Assembly (NCBI GenBank): GCA_965285935.1
Contig: OZ260663.1
Span: forward strand, 63,116,001-63,180,000
Source of the DNA: Ophelia neglecta
Taxonomy: Eukaryota
DNA: 64,000 nt
Direction of reading: 5' to 3'
Below, piece by piece: positions 45,456-59,859 of this stretch. The first letter of the stretch is position 1, and every line of letters begins with the position of its first letter. The notes under the pieces are model-generated. The model had not been told where the DNA came from. It saw nothing but the letters and a program-made list of their open reading frames with translations, and did not search any database. The position numbers and the translations under genes were made by a program.

Positions 45456-48400
45456 TTCTCTGCGCCTGCGTGACTCTACAGTGACAAACGGCATGAACGG
45501 GTTAATATATGCAGACATCCTCCAGCAAGGTAGCATCTGACAAGTAGTATATGGAAAGCGCCGTCTGGCGGACAGAAAACCCCAAAATCCTAAAACTTGG
45601 TCACGTGACCCGAAAGTGGAAACAAATATCGAAGGCTGAACGCCTTCGATAAAAAAATGGTTGGTATACCATAAATATGCAACCTTATTCCCCATTCCCT
45701 CTCCTCCCTCCATCTCTATCTTGAATATAGAACGGTCCATACGTTTCTGTATGCCTTATGTTAGTATATGCATAAATATCGTAAGAATTGTTCATTCTTT
45801 CCATATAAAGCTTGGTACATGTCGTGACATCGGGCATGCCTACTAGTCGAAGATCGGGGTCGAGGATGGTATCGTTTAGCCTGGGATTGTTTTATCCTTT
45901 GAAACTTTATTCTGTAACGAAGCGTGTTTTAATTGGCATCGATCGCACAGCTCCTGTTGTTTTCCCTGCCCTGTGTGTTGTTCACCTGGGCAGATCGAAT
46001 TCAAACCTTATAAGGTTCAGCCTCGAATATTTCATGCTTGTTGAATAGTTTTGAAAATGCGTCGTCAACTATGAAGATCCCACACGACGCGAGCTGTCTT
46101 TTGACCGCAATAAACTATCCGCAAAAAGAACCAACCATGCGATAATATAATGTAAACGGATACGATGACGGATCTACAGTCCCCAATTTAAATGGTGGTC
46201 TCTCAATCAGTTTGTGTTGTGTTAAAATCAAAGTTGAAAAGGAGGCGACTTTCAGCTAATATTTGCCCAACACAGATTTCGTGTATGTACGTGTCTTGTA
46301 CTAACTTTATAGCCAGCTGAAGTAGCATTGGCGTTCACTGGACTTTCCTCACAGTCGATCGTGGATCGTGAAAGACTTCTTCCGAAAGGGCCCCGACTCA
46401 CGTGGCCTAGTGAGTAGTTTGCGCCCACAGGCGCAGTGTAAAATTTATAGGAGCTGCTATAATGGTTTCTCTGCGAAGCAGCCAAAAGTAGACTTAAAGC
46501 CAGAGCCAGTCACTTTCGTCTTATTCCCTATATAGGTATTGGACCCATGTTGCCTCGCCATGTAGGTAGATATTTTACTTTTCTAACGATTTTTTGGCCA
46601 TATTTTACATTAACGCCGTTTCGGAACCCTATCTGTTTTGTGCTAGGACTCATGCAATGGGAAACCGTTGACCACTACTCATTGCAATTGTTATCAATTT
46701 TAATTTATTAATATTAATTTCATTAATTTTTACAGTTGTGGAACTGGGGATTTGTGTTTGTGGGCCTGCAGCTGGCGGTTCCTTGTGATCTAGCGCCGAT
46801 TTAATGGCCTATTCCTAATGTGCTTTGTTTGTCGCGTATCCTCTGAAGTTTTTCCTATCTCGGACACTATAAACTACCCATTATCACTTACTCCGGAAGG
46901 TCAATATTAGGCGAATATTCGCATGATTGCGCCACCCGAACATAGAGTTTGCTCATCGAGAGCTGACTATATGAGCATATTAGCCATAATCGCGATTACC
47001 AGAAGATATTCGAACATTAACTTTAAGGAAGGTTTGCTGTTTGAAGTATTTATGAACAACGGACAATTCGCGTACATTCCATGTGCCAAACAATGGCTAA
47101 ATCTGAAATGGCGAATATTCCCTGCGCGAACCTATCATGGGTTACTGTAATTTTTTGAAACCACTTTTACTTTCAGGGTGGGCCCAGAATATGTAAAACA
47201 GACCTTTCCGAAACCAGTATCTTTCACCTTTTCTCTGGTTCTTAATAATTATAATAAGCTTACTTATGATATTTCTTTTAACAGTTCTGTTATTTCATAT
47301 AAACAAATGTGATATTGAATGCTCGTCCAATAAAAACACGAGTAGCTATTCAAGTGATTGATATGTGGACTCCATGTATTAAACCTGCAATCACTCTACA
47401 GTTCTTGAACTGCTTGAGCAACAGTTATAATTAATATACATAGGTATTGCATCAGTTATTAATAAGCTCAGATAGTGCGTCTCCCTAACTCGAAACTACG
47501 CCTACCATGTGTGTCTGTTATTTTCTATAATGCGCTGGAGTAACGTATCACCGTCTCATCTTTCTACACCTGCCACACGTGCGTCATACGCCCAACATTA
47601 GAATACGAACACCACACAAGTCTACACAAAACTCAACTGCCTCCCTGGCCAGAGACATTTCGTCCTCCCTGTCTTTCCCTTTAGAAACAAGTCGTTCACC
47701 TTTTTTCACACGTCTACACGACTAGTGCAGATGTTAATCAAGCAATAGTAAATATATATCTTGAATAATTTGATTTATGAATGTGGGCCTGTGGCAACTG
47801 GTTCCTAACAATTTCGGATCTCTTTTACGGACTTTACATAGTTAATAATTTTGCTTTTTCCGGCTGGCATACACTCCCGTTTACAATTTGGATAAACGTC
47901 TGAGAGATTCGTGTGGGGTGGAATGGGGGGCAACATACCTCAGTTGTTACACGGTCTCATCATATAATGTGCACACCCATGTTATAAACGTAACCGTTCT
48001 CAGGGCGCATTATTTAAGAGAGCTGCTGGGTACTGATTGGAGGGTCCACAAAGTGCCGGTTACATGGTTCCTAGTAACATCCCACTATTCCCATAAAAAT
48101 GGAAGATACGGGATACATTATATCTTTTCTGATTTCTTTGCAATACTATAGGCCTATGTGGTCACAGACGTTACTCACTCATTCTAGGAATCAAAGAACT
48201 ACTAGATGAAGTGTACAAGCGGACGAAAGAAAACATACATTCACATCATACGCAAGTCTGTTTATTAAAAAGTGTTTTCACCTGTAGTGACAATTTATTA
48301 AGACAGTGGAAATGTTATCTAGATAAAAAACCTTGTATTTTTTTCGGATTTGTATTTTTGTTTCAGAATTTGGAAAGGGACCTTAATTTGATCCTCATTT

Positions 48401-49699
48401 TGGAGGCGAAGGGGGTGGCGCCTGATACTTTTGTACTTGGAATTTTTCCATTTTCCGCAACACTTTCCCCGCCCCCCCCCCCCCCCACTGCCCTTACATT
48501 ATGGAAGAATGGTGCTTTTAATTATTTGCAATGATTAAACCTACCAATGTGAGATGAAAGACCAGGTAAAAAACAAGGCCATTATCTTGCAGGCAGATTA
48601 AAATGATTTAAATTAATGGCTGCCAATATTTCATATGGACTCTTGAATAGTGCTGCCCTTCCGCAATTTTTAACTACTGAGTGCCAAACTTCAAATATAT
48701 GGCGAATTTCAAAATTTTGTAACTAATCATCAGTTGCGCAAAAAATAGTGAGTGGGCATTTGCACTGGTAGTTGCACTTTGAAAATTCCTAGAGAAAAAG
48801 GCAGGCAAGTCGACAGAGGTTTGTTATGTGATCAAGCCTTGTTATAGAATATTTAACGACAAATTGCTACATTAAAAGTATGATTTATGATAGTTTCTTA
48901 AATTAGGTCACCAGTTACTACATTTGTAGGAGACACCAAGGTTGTTATAATGCTTATATAAATTCCTGCCAGGTACACCAACACTTGAACAGTCCGAAGG
49001 AAATTGGGCCTTGAATATAACATTGCATTTCTATAAAAAAAAAATTGCTCCCCCTTTTAACTTTTCAATCATAAAAAAGGGCATTGATACCTTGCAGACA
49101 AGAACAAATATTTAATCAAGAAGTATTCAAATAATTTTTTTTCTCATCCTACCTTAAGTTTGGTAGGAAGCAACATCAATATCATGATATTTAAGTGGGT
49201 TGCCTATTTTCGATTTGGACAATATACATCTTCCGCTATTGAGGGAAGTTTTAGGTTTCCTTTAGCGCGGCTCCAGGGGAGGCATTTCCGTGTGTGGAGG
49301 GATTAGTACTGCACCATCTGTAGTACGTCGTTATGCACAGGATTTGGATTGTTTATCCCGCTTACTTTTTTTTTTAGTAAAAACATGGTTATTTTGTCCT
49401 AAGCGCATTGCTGGTGGGAAAACGTGTTTTAATTAGACCCAAAATATCACATTTGCCAAATTGATGTCGCCGTTTTTGTAACAGACCAACCCAGTGTACA
49501 CTTCACTTCCGGTTAAACTGCAGTGATAAAACACAGCAAAATGTAAATCTCATAATCAATGCATTTGGACCCGATTAAGACTTTGGATAATATTTATTGT
49601 TATAGGTCATGTAGATGAAATCCCATTCTCTGGATTGCGATGAATGAAAGGGCCTGACATGTCGTCCAAGAAAGAAAACTTCACCACCGAGTAGCGGTC

Positions 49700-50035
49700 T
49701 TCCACGCGACTTTCCACTCAGGTGGTAGGTAAGTACACTCAGAAATTATACTAACAAACTCCTTCCTTAATTTTAACCAAATAGCTTTTTCCCATTCTCC
49801 TATATGGACAGTTACGTATTTTCTCAGATGCAGCATAACCACCAGACCTGTTTTTGAATTTAATTGGGTCCTGTCTGAAGATATAAAAAACATCTATTCT
49901 GAGTTCATCCGAGGGTTCCAGCTTAGTCTCTTGCAGACAAATAATATCAACATCTAATTACATCTGCAAAAAATCAGGAAATTTCAACTTTAAGCAAATC
50001 CATTTATATTCAAGCTACATATTGTAATTCCAATA
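49700..50035 (-). pseudogene. LINE (CR1/L2-like) ORF2 AP-endonuclease relic
   Basis: Minus-strand fragments ITICSLNINGF, DVDIICLQETKL, AIWLKL and TYLPPE with stops and frameshifts; lysine-rich ORF1-like relic upstream (50408-50560). Confidence 0.75.
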
Positions 50036-53000
50036 TTTTTACTCTCACAACTGCGAACTGTTCTTTTTTTCTGTCATGGGCGTTCAACCAACTAACCTAC
50101 CCAAATGGACCTTCCTAATTGACGACTCAGTGCTATATTTTTTGACACATTGGTTGCTGGATCAATTCTAACATTAACATTATAATTAACAGTTTTCAAG
50201 ATTTACAACATGTTCGGCATATGCACAACGTATTACATGTTTTTTTTTTTTTTTTTTTTTACCTTCCGGCACTTTGAATACTAGTCGACATTTTCAGCGT
50301 TCTGCTCACATTGTATCAAATTTTCAATAAGAGATGGGTCCTGCGAAAGTCTCTCTTGCCATTCCTCTTCACCATGATTTTTGTGTACACACTTCTTATC
50401 CCTTTAGCTATCCGCTTCTTTTTCTCATTTTCCCTTTTTGATACTCAATTTCTTCTTTCGACTCTTTATGTATCTGTTTGAGTTTGTCTTGATCTATACT
50501 AATGTGTGCCTTGTGATCAGCCATTTTGTGTCTTCTCAGGATAATTTTGAAATACACAGAAGTACCAAATACTAGTTTTCGTCGACCCGACATGGGCTAC
50601 CGTCTTATATTGCTCACTAAATCGCACCTCAGCGCACCCCAACCCAGCCTCATCTCTCTGCAAACATGGCAAGAACAAAACCACATAAAGCTCATAAAAT
50701 GGCTTTGGCTCACGTCTAGGGCCTATCAGTCTATGGCTGCAACAAATGTACTCGCACGGATCCTCCTGGATCTAAAACGCAATGCAAAGTACGTTTGCAT
50801 TATTTTATTCTAGCATGTCTTGATTCAAAACATGTTATGTTAGATTCAATTCATTCACATCCTCTCCCGCCTCCTTCCACCTGGCGTCCAATCACCGTCG
50901 CCATGACAACAAGCTTACGTAATGCGTGCTGCTTGGCAGCGATCAGTAGTTCAGTCAGTAAGGTAAACTTATGCGTTATGGCACAGTGTGAACCGGGTGC
51001 AAATATCATTCATCAGCAGAGGCTCATAAGGACGCACTAACCCGCGATACCATGTGTAGGGGTGACAGGTAGGACAGCGTCTATTCCTTAAGCGATGGTT
51101 GGAAACCTGCAAACGAGTGTCTGTAATACGTCTGAAATCATGCAAGCCATTGACGAAATCAAAGAATACAGTAATAGTCAGCTGGTTTAAGAGAATCCAG
51201 AACGTATTAGCCTAGAGGCAAAAGACTTTATCCCAAAAAAATACAGCTTGTTCGGACTTTTTTTTTCACTAGGATGTTAAATACCAATTTGTTGGTTTAA
51301 ACTGGATGATGCACCCAAGAAGAACATTTAATTGATTCCACAAATAAAAAGGTCAATGCTGAATGAAGAAAAGTCATTATATTTCAACTGTGCAGACGCT
51401 TGTCCGCTGCTAGCTATGTGTCACGAAACGTATGACCCTTCCTAGTGTAAATATCGCACCCGGGCCGGGCTGCACGTTGTTGACAATGATGGACGGCCTC
51501 GCCTTATGTGAACCATATTCAGCCACGGTAAAATATGAATTACATGAAAGGATTACTTTCTTTTTCATCGATAGACCCCTAGTATGAAATAAAACTGACC
51601 ATAGGTTCGATTGAAGGTCTTTTGTGATTAATTTACTCCCAGAAATTGCAACGGCAGCCGAAAAGCACAACTGTAGAAACGAAGCAGCGAAATTAGTATG
51701 GACCCGGCGCGATGCTAGCCCCACAGCGTGGAGATGCATACCTTTATTCACAATTAATGTTATTCCGTTTCCTCTTGATCTGATATTTAATGGAATCACC
51801 ATTGATTATGTTGCTACCACTCTTACCTATTCACAATTATTGGAAACCCTAGATGAGGCAGTTTCAGAATGGCGTAAGCCTATAAGTGTTTTGTCAGTAA
51901 TTTTAATGTTGCTCCCACACATTCCAAATGCAGCTTAAGAGAAATAAACAGTTCATATAAAATTATTCCTGGCATTTATTGTCCATTTTGGTTCTTTACC
52001 TCACAAGAAATCGCAAAAGGTCACAGTTGAGCTCATCGGTCATTATTCTTTGGATATCGCTAAGTATGTGTCTGCTCTCTGGAATTTCAATTTTCTCGAT
52101 AGATACACGGCTCCCTTGTTCCTAGAATCAGTACCTGGTAAATCTAAAATAAAAGTAACAAATAAAAGCGCACTACGAGTAGGTGAATGGATTCATTCCA
52201 TGAAAAAGTGAAGGTTATTGCTCATGGAACGCACATCCGAGGTCAGTATTAACAACACGTGAAAGGACTCGCTCCTTGAACAGCTCTCTTAAATACAGTG
52301 CAGGCTGTCTACTCAAAGTTTACATGCAACTAGAGCTCTTGAGCACTCACTGACACGGGTTTCAAAATATGTCAACTCAAGTAGCAAACATTTACTGTAA
52401 ACAATACACTTGACATGGCATTTGCAATCATATTCACTACTACTTAACAGGTGAGATGATTGCCTGTCTATAGACCTTGCTCTTTGATAAGCTTCGGTAT
52501 GCAGCATTTTTGATGACCTTCGTGATCCTTTAGATGAAAATAAAATAGAACGAATTTTGTGTTCCAACGCCATATTTTGGATATCATAACTCACTGTCGA
52601 TAGGGTAGGGTTGGCTGGACAATGGATATGTGGGTGCATATATACTTCTTTTGTCAAATCTGGTAACCACATGACCCCAACAAATTCTGTTATGTTTCTG
52701 GGACACAAGTACCACAGGAGTTGATTTGAACAGCATGAGCCATTAAGATATGTAGATCTATAATACTAAAACAATATTTCTTGATATGTTACTGAAAGGG
52801 ATGCCACAATCGTAAATTCCTCGAAGCCGTTTGATACTGATGTCCGATTGCGTCTATTGATAGTCGTTTATATGTGCTGTTGTGTTATACGTGACTCATT
52901 TTGATTTTTCATGTTAACGGAAAGGAGTATTTCACTCATAACATACGTGTACAAGCCCGTTGCATTTTTACAGTCATCGATGTATTGCTTGAATTACATT

Positions 53001-53540
53001 TCTGTTTAGTCTCATCTGATTTTTATATTTAGATTACCATGGTTTTACGTATCCATACTAGTAACGCCTTCTGCAACTGTTTCTTCAGATATCTTTATTT
53101 AAACTGTTCATTGTTCACACATTGCACTATTCGTATATTATTCCAAATTAAACTCTAATATGCGCAAAACACATAATATATATATATTTTTTATATCTTT
53201 GGAAGTTTGCTTAGGGATGAGTCAATTATGAATATATAAATGTCGTGTCAAAGATTAATGATTGTATGCAGGACATGTCTTTAACTGTAACAAAGGCAAC
53301 ATAAAGCGTTTCGTTGTAGGCTATTCTGCTTACCAGTCCGTATAGGCAAGACTTATATCGATCATATATATGTTTTCAAATAGTCAAATACAAAAAGCAA
53401 AACGTTGAACCTTTTCAATGGTCTCATTCAATTCTCGACTTTATGGTGCTTTCTCTTTAGCATTTTTGCTAATTAAGCTTTCATCAAATTTCTGCCCACA
53501 GAAAAGTCATTCAGTTTTGATACTCTTTAGGCCACTACGT

Positions 53541-53700
53541 CTAATTTGGGCCTTCGCTTGAATCGAAAGGGCCGTATCTGGCTTTAAGTGGAATAGATGT
53601 AATAACTTGTACTGCTTGGCCCAGATGGAAACTACTGATCTTTGGAGAAGTAGTCGTTTTTCCAAAGAAGCCTTTGATTGATGCGTGAATTGCTGTCGTT
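53541..53700 (-). pseudogene. Possible Gypsy integrase C-terminal (GPF) relic
   Basis: FHLGQAVQV...PLKARYGPF resembles the F.xG..V.V...L..RY.GP(Y/F) motif; short and degenerate. Confidence 0.3.
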
Positions 53701-56700
53701 GCTCTTGGTTTGATAGCAGAACAGCATTGAGTTCTTTCTTCGATTGCAGGCTTCTTATAATTCATCATCGAGATTAACTGCAAGAAGGTCTCGAGATAAG
53801 TTTCTTTGAAGTGTCGATCTTTAGGTGTATAGATGTCGCTTTGGGGAGTTCATCAGGACGTCTGAGAGCGACATCGTTTAGATCATTCAGGGAGTGGGTT
53901 TGCTGTTCTTGGGCTTCTCTTCCCAGGGCAGTGACTATTACATAAATGTCTAGGGCTTTAGTAAAGGAATTAGATACCTAGCCGAACTTGCTACCGTTTC
54001 ATTGTAGATTTTGTGGTCAGTCGCTGCTTTCCAGATTTCATATTGAGTATATGATTGATTACTTGTTCCTCCCTGGATTGGCAAGCAGCTGCTTTTGGAC
54101 AAGTTAGTTCAAACCTTTGAGAGTGGATTGAGCGACTTTTGTGGTGACAGTAGGGCATGGTCATGTGGTGCCAATCGAGCCATGTTTTATAATAAAATGC
54201 ATCAATTCAGTCAGGAAGGGTAATAAGCCTTTGGCACAATAATGATTGTGTTAGCATTGAGTGGTGGTTCACGGTAGATGACTAACCCAGCATCACTGAT
54301 AGCTGGGCTAATCTCTCCGGGGTTTCTTCCTATTATAAACACATTCCTGCTTTTGTAATGGAATAAAAGGCATCATGACACCATCTAGGCCGCCTTGGGT
54401 TCTTTGAGATGACAGAAATCGAAATTAGTGTATTATTACTGTTATCAGACTTCTTGTCCACATAATGTATATTTTCGTTTCTTTGACCAGTTTTCCACGA
54501 AACTACCACAATAAAGCAGGTAACCACATTTCTTAAACTTGAATTAAACTTGAATTAAATACTATGCCAAGAATAGCGCATAGGCCCTCTAACGTTTGTT
54601 TTAATTGCAGCTTGAGTAAATGTGCAGTTTTACCTTCGCTCTAGTCACGTAATACATCTTGTGGCTTGATCTACACGAATTTGATCCCATGTCAAGCAAC
54701 GCTTTGGCGTAATAAAAAAAAACCTGCATTGCAAGCAAATTTTTGAACGGAATAACCAGGAGCCAATCTACCCGCCCTTATAAAACTACTGTCTAGAGGA
54801 ACTAGTGCCAACTTTTAGACCAACGTCTGTAAGATTAATGCGGAAATTCAAATTCGCTCAGCGCAGGTATATATTCTAATTTCATGATACGGTGATGATA
54901 CGGCAGTTGACTGGGCTTAACTGGCTAGGACGAACCGGTGTCCATTCAGTATGTGTTTGTGGGGGGGAACGGGGGGGGGGGGAGGGGGGGGGGGAGAAGC
55001 CGCTCCACCTCCCCATTCTTCGCTTCTCGAACCGAAAATTAGTAGGACCCGACCGCTCCTCTTAGTTTCCCGGCTGGATACTGCCCAAACCATTTTATTC
55101 CTCCTCCACGTGTTCGGTAAGCCTATATAGATCTGCCCTTACAGCGCGTACTCCTGGAAGCGAGTCGGGCTGTTAGGAGGCCCACTTCCAAATATGATAT
55201 AAGTATATTATTGCCCCACAAGGAAGTGAGCCCTGATGGTAGGGAATTTTTAAAAATGATGCACCTAGAAGGGAGTTCACCCTGAAAACAGGCAACCTCA
55301 TGCAAGCGTATAATAAAGAAAAAGCAACCTAGCAGAATTTCACTTAAAAAAAAGTAATCTCTGAAGAATGGTAGCACTTTCGGATAGACGTAGGCCCCTA
55401 CGTAATATCCTAAGGAGCTTTTTGAGATTATAACTCCCTAAGTGAGCAAGATCTAACGGAGCCCACCTGGGATTGGGGCTTGTGAAAAACAATTGTTTAT
55501 TGGATAATTATTTAACAAATAATATTTGTTTGTTTTTCATCAGCTGGCCTTGGTCTTATCAAACTCATAATTCACTATTTTACCACGACTGCCTGTATTC
55601 GGCGCTGCGCAGTCGGCACTGCGCTGCGAGAGGAGAATAGCGCAACCCAAAATAGCCAGAATAGCTTTACGAAAATAAACAGCGCAGCGCAACAGCAGAA
55701 TACACATCAACAGAACTGGATACCATACATCCCCGAAATTGAGCACTTTTCGGCCCATAGCTCTGCGTATGGTAGCATCAGATGCCATTAACATTGACAG
55801 CACTTCGTTGCGAAACAAAGTATATGAAAATGTATAAAATTTGTGTACCAAGTATTAAAGACCGAGACTTATTAGTGTGTACGTGTTCAAAAAGTGTTGT
55901 TTGTGACTTTCTTGGCTTTTCATTACGTGCCCTTTTCTGTCTTCACATAGCTAGAAAACCTTTAGTTCGATGTTGGTCTTTTGGATGGTGTAGCCTGTTA
56001 TCAATTTTACAGAGGATTACGTTTTGATTGACCTACTTGATGTAATTTCTAGGTCATGTACTTTTTTTTAATCGTGAAATGCTCGTATTTCTGTGGCTTC
56101 GTTGACCTTATTAAGTATACCGCCAGTATGTTATTTGACATTGGTCGGGCAAAGATCAGAGTATCTGGAAAAATCATTTGATTTGATGTGTATTACATCC
56201 GAAGTTGTGGCAAAAGTCAATTTCTCAATAAATCATCAAATACGAAAGGTTGTTCATCCATACTTAACCCCCTCGGTGAAATCTGCAGGTTAAAACAAAT
56301 AAACATAAGAAGTGCACACTTCAAAGTTACCCCTTACCGTTTAAACTGTAAATTTGGAATTATTATCTGTCGTTCAAATTTGAGGACATAGTCAAATCAT
56401 ATACAGTTCAATGCTCTATCTGGCTAAGGTAGGTATATAATGTGCCTCCTTGAACAAAATTCGTTCATATTTATACCGGTTATGTGCAAGCCTGGTGAAG
56501 GTTTTTGTACTGCACTCCCCGGTTAGCGATGTTAAAAATGTTAATCCGTGGCCATTTCAGTCTTGGCACGCCGGATTAAACTATCAATTGACCTGTCATA
56601 TTAGCCCATTTCTTTATTGTTATGGCTTTTTTATTGTTTAAATATCACGCTACTTATATTATAGTATAAACCAGATTTTATAACGTTTGATTGGCTTTTC

Positions 56701-59700
56701 CTCAAAAGATTATCGTTCGGTTTATTACACTTAAACTCGTGATTAGGTAGAGGATAGAACATATGATGGATAGCATGTTATAAGCCTTTGTGTCTACCCT
56801 TCCATAGTATTGAATATTTGTATTGAAAATTTGACCGATTTAAATGAATGACGTTACAAGTGCAGTTCGTATATTAATGTATAAATTGCAGGTGTTTATT
56901 TGGATAAGTTCGCGCCTCTCTGACTAAAGAATTTCTGGCCGAGCCAGTTTATAGTAATCTTCTTGAGCCGAACATATGAATGGTTAATTCCGCAAGCATG
57001 CATATCGAATGACTTTGGAATGGGACCACGTAAGGCGGCGATTGAGCTCAATCCACTCACGTTCTGCTGCTAAACATCCGTTTAAGGCGAAGTACGTGTA
57101 GCTGGCGCTACAAAACTTGTCGATTTAATCAGTGCTGCCACAAAATATTCATATCACAAATCAATTAAGGAATTAAAAACACCGGATTCATATCATCGTT
57201 TAGGTATTGTGTACTTTTTATATTTATAGATCATCAAGCGATCGAATTTAAAATATATTACCATGTATTTGAAATTAAACATTTTATTATTTATTTAGAA
57301 GTTATGAGATTAGGAATTTATTCAAGCTGATTTTCTTTACAACTTAATTCTACGAAATCTTGTTGCCCACAAATAACCCATTATATGTGATTTCTTAAAC
57401 TTCTTTATGGTAGTTCAGTATCAATGCAAGTAAATATATACTTATTGTCTTCAAAGACATTGCGCGATATCCCTGGCAAGGAGACTTATGTTTGTGCACA
57501 CAATTATGTTTGAGAAGTTTGAACAAATGCTATATTATTTGTCTGTAAAATATGTATGGATACAACTGTGTTATAATGTTAATACACAATTGAACTAACA
57601 GTTATAACTTTTCCGTTATAAACATGACACATACGATTTGCAAAACTTTCTTGACATACATGTTTGAATTCATATAGTATTTTTATACGCTATGCTTTAG
57701 ATATGTATGTACGTGTGTGTTTATTTGCGATCAGTTAATAGAAGAGTAGTATGTTTGTGTGTGTTTGTGTATTTACATATGTTGTATACATATGTGTATT
57801 TATGCATGTGTACGTATGTAAGATAAAGATATAATGGTGTGATATGATTTTGTGTTTTTAAAATGTGTCCTTACAGAAGGCCTATATTATAATTAGACGA
57901 TTGCCTTAATTTTTCCAAACGTTATTCCCAAATATAACTGTATCACATATAGGATAAGAGAGATTGGTGAAAATACAATCATGTCACATATTATTGATGT
58001 TTTTCAGAAGTTATACTTCTATTATATTTTCAAACATTAATGCGATATTTCTATACGTTTTACAGTTGCTATGCAGGCTTTACTGGCCTGTAAACATTCA
58101 TTGTCTAGTTCGTAGGTGGGGTATCTTTTTCTATGGAAAGGAGAGCTTACAATTCCATGCCAAATGGCGTTGCTTGAATGCTTTTTAATAAACTGGATCA
58201 ATAATGAATGAATTTCGGTGTCGATTGGTAAAACAGGAATTTGACCTCCACATTATTGATTTTCTCAAAATCAAATATCTCATTAGAATTCAAAAATTGA
58301 ATAATACATCTGTAGTAACCATTAAAACGGGATTAAACTCGGTAATCACTAGATTGTACTGCTAAATAGCTTTTGTTTCTTTTTTGGCCTAGTTCTTTTT
58401 TCTGGTCGGACCTCAATTCTCAAACTGCCAATGAACAACTGACCAACGATAAGCTGTTGGGTGTCTAACTTACTGTCGAGGTTTGTTAGCGTTTCTTGCC
58501 GCCAACGAAAATATGTGTACGAAGAGCTCTAAATGTTGGACTCGGAAATATAGGGATGTACTGTCCTTGCTTAATATGAAAGCAGGAGGCGTTTAGCCTA
58601 AGGGGCTCTATGTTCCGTGTTTAAAATTGTCCTGGATAAAAGAAATTGCACTTGATTGTATTTATACATATTGATAATTTCTACCATAATAAGCTGGCAA
58701 AACGTAGCTTAATTTTTCCAGAACTTTGCTGATTTTTTTAATCCATAGATAGTATAATTTATATAAGCTTGACTTAGTTTTGATCCCTATTACAGATAGC
58801 AACCTCATACATACATGTGTCTCACAGGACAGACAGAAATGATGATTAATAATGATTAAGGCTAGAGGAACAGATGTTTACACCATAAATGAACCACATT
58901 AAATCAGTACCACCCATCACAGGGCCAAGAAAATACAAGAAAAGCTCTATATGAACTAATACACCTATTTCCGTGGCTATCCATATTTAATACAAATAAC
59001 AACCTTTGTGGAAACGCATTCTTTGCATACAATGTCATGTTGGTAACATTATAATTAAGGTTCATGCTCTTAAAAGAAATAAAAAGGCATCTTTTATTCG
59101 GTCAGCCTGGGCATACCATATTCTGCATATAATATGAACCGGGTGGTACATTTGGCCTTGACATTCATTGAAAGGCCTGTTACGGAAATATAAACCGATT
59201 TGTTAGTTCCCTTTATTTGGCGAAAGTGGATAAACAGAACTGTCCAATTATCACGTGAACGCTTTCTAAGCTGCACGGCGCTTTTCAAGCTTCAGTTGTG
59301 TTTTGAAGTCTTTGTATGTAACATATAAACAGGCCATTTATAACTAACATGGTAAGACTTTTTTTTTTAAAATTATTTATTATATTTGATCAATATAATT
59401 GAATGGGAAGAAAATCGGATTTTGTGTGTGCACATTAACACCATCGTTCAATACTGCGGGCAAATAATTCATAGTATTATACATAGTTTATGTTATATTG
59501 AATATATCCTTATCCACGGGCAGTCAACCAACGGGGAATGAATAATTAAACACGAGTCCTGGCAACTCGTTTCTTGATTCCTACAGTCTTTACACTGATC
59601 GCCTTTTAATTGCATGAGCAATTTATGTCACTTTTTCCCAGCAGGAGCAGGGGAGAGCTTGATAATTTCAGCTGTTTGCAAAAGCTTATAATAGTTTTAT

Positions 59701-59859
59701 CAACGATACACCAAGAGCCGTTCTGACCCACATAAAGTCGTTTCGATAATGCTTCCAAATTAAAATTTCGAAAATTATGCTTCGGCAACCCCTGGCAATT
59801 GGTGTGATCTGCCTCCTTGTGTCAATTGGTGATATCTAATAATGTTGTCTCTGTTTGTG

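Larger units (their letters stand above)
42206..45657 (-). mobile_element. Non-autonomous Helentron (Helitron2/DINE-1-like) element, ~3.4 kb
   Basis: Minus-strand 5' end: T-run, then subTIR TTATCGAAGGC with adjacent inverted copy (hairpin 45627-45651). 3' end: subTIR GCCTTCGATAA (42230-42240), then hairpin TGACTTT-NN-AAAGTCA (42214-42229) and T-run. Internal tandem repeats and an RPA-like gene relic; no Rep/helicase seen. Confidence 0.75.
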
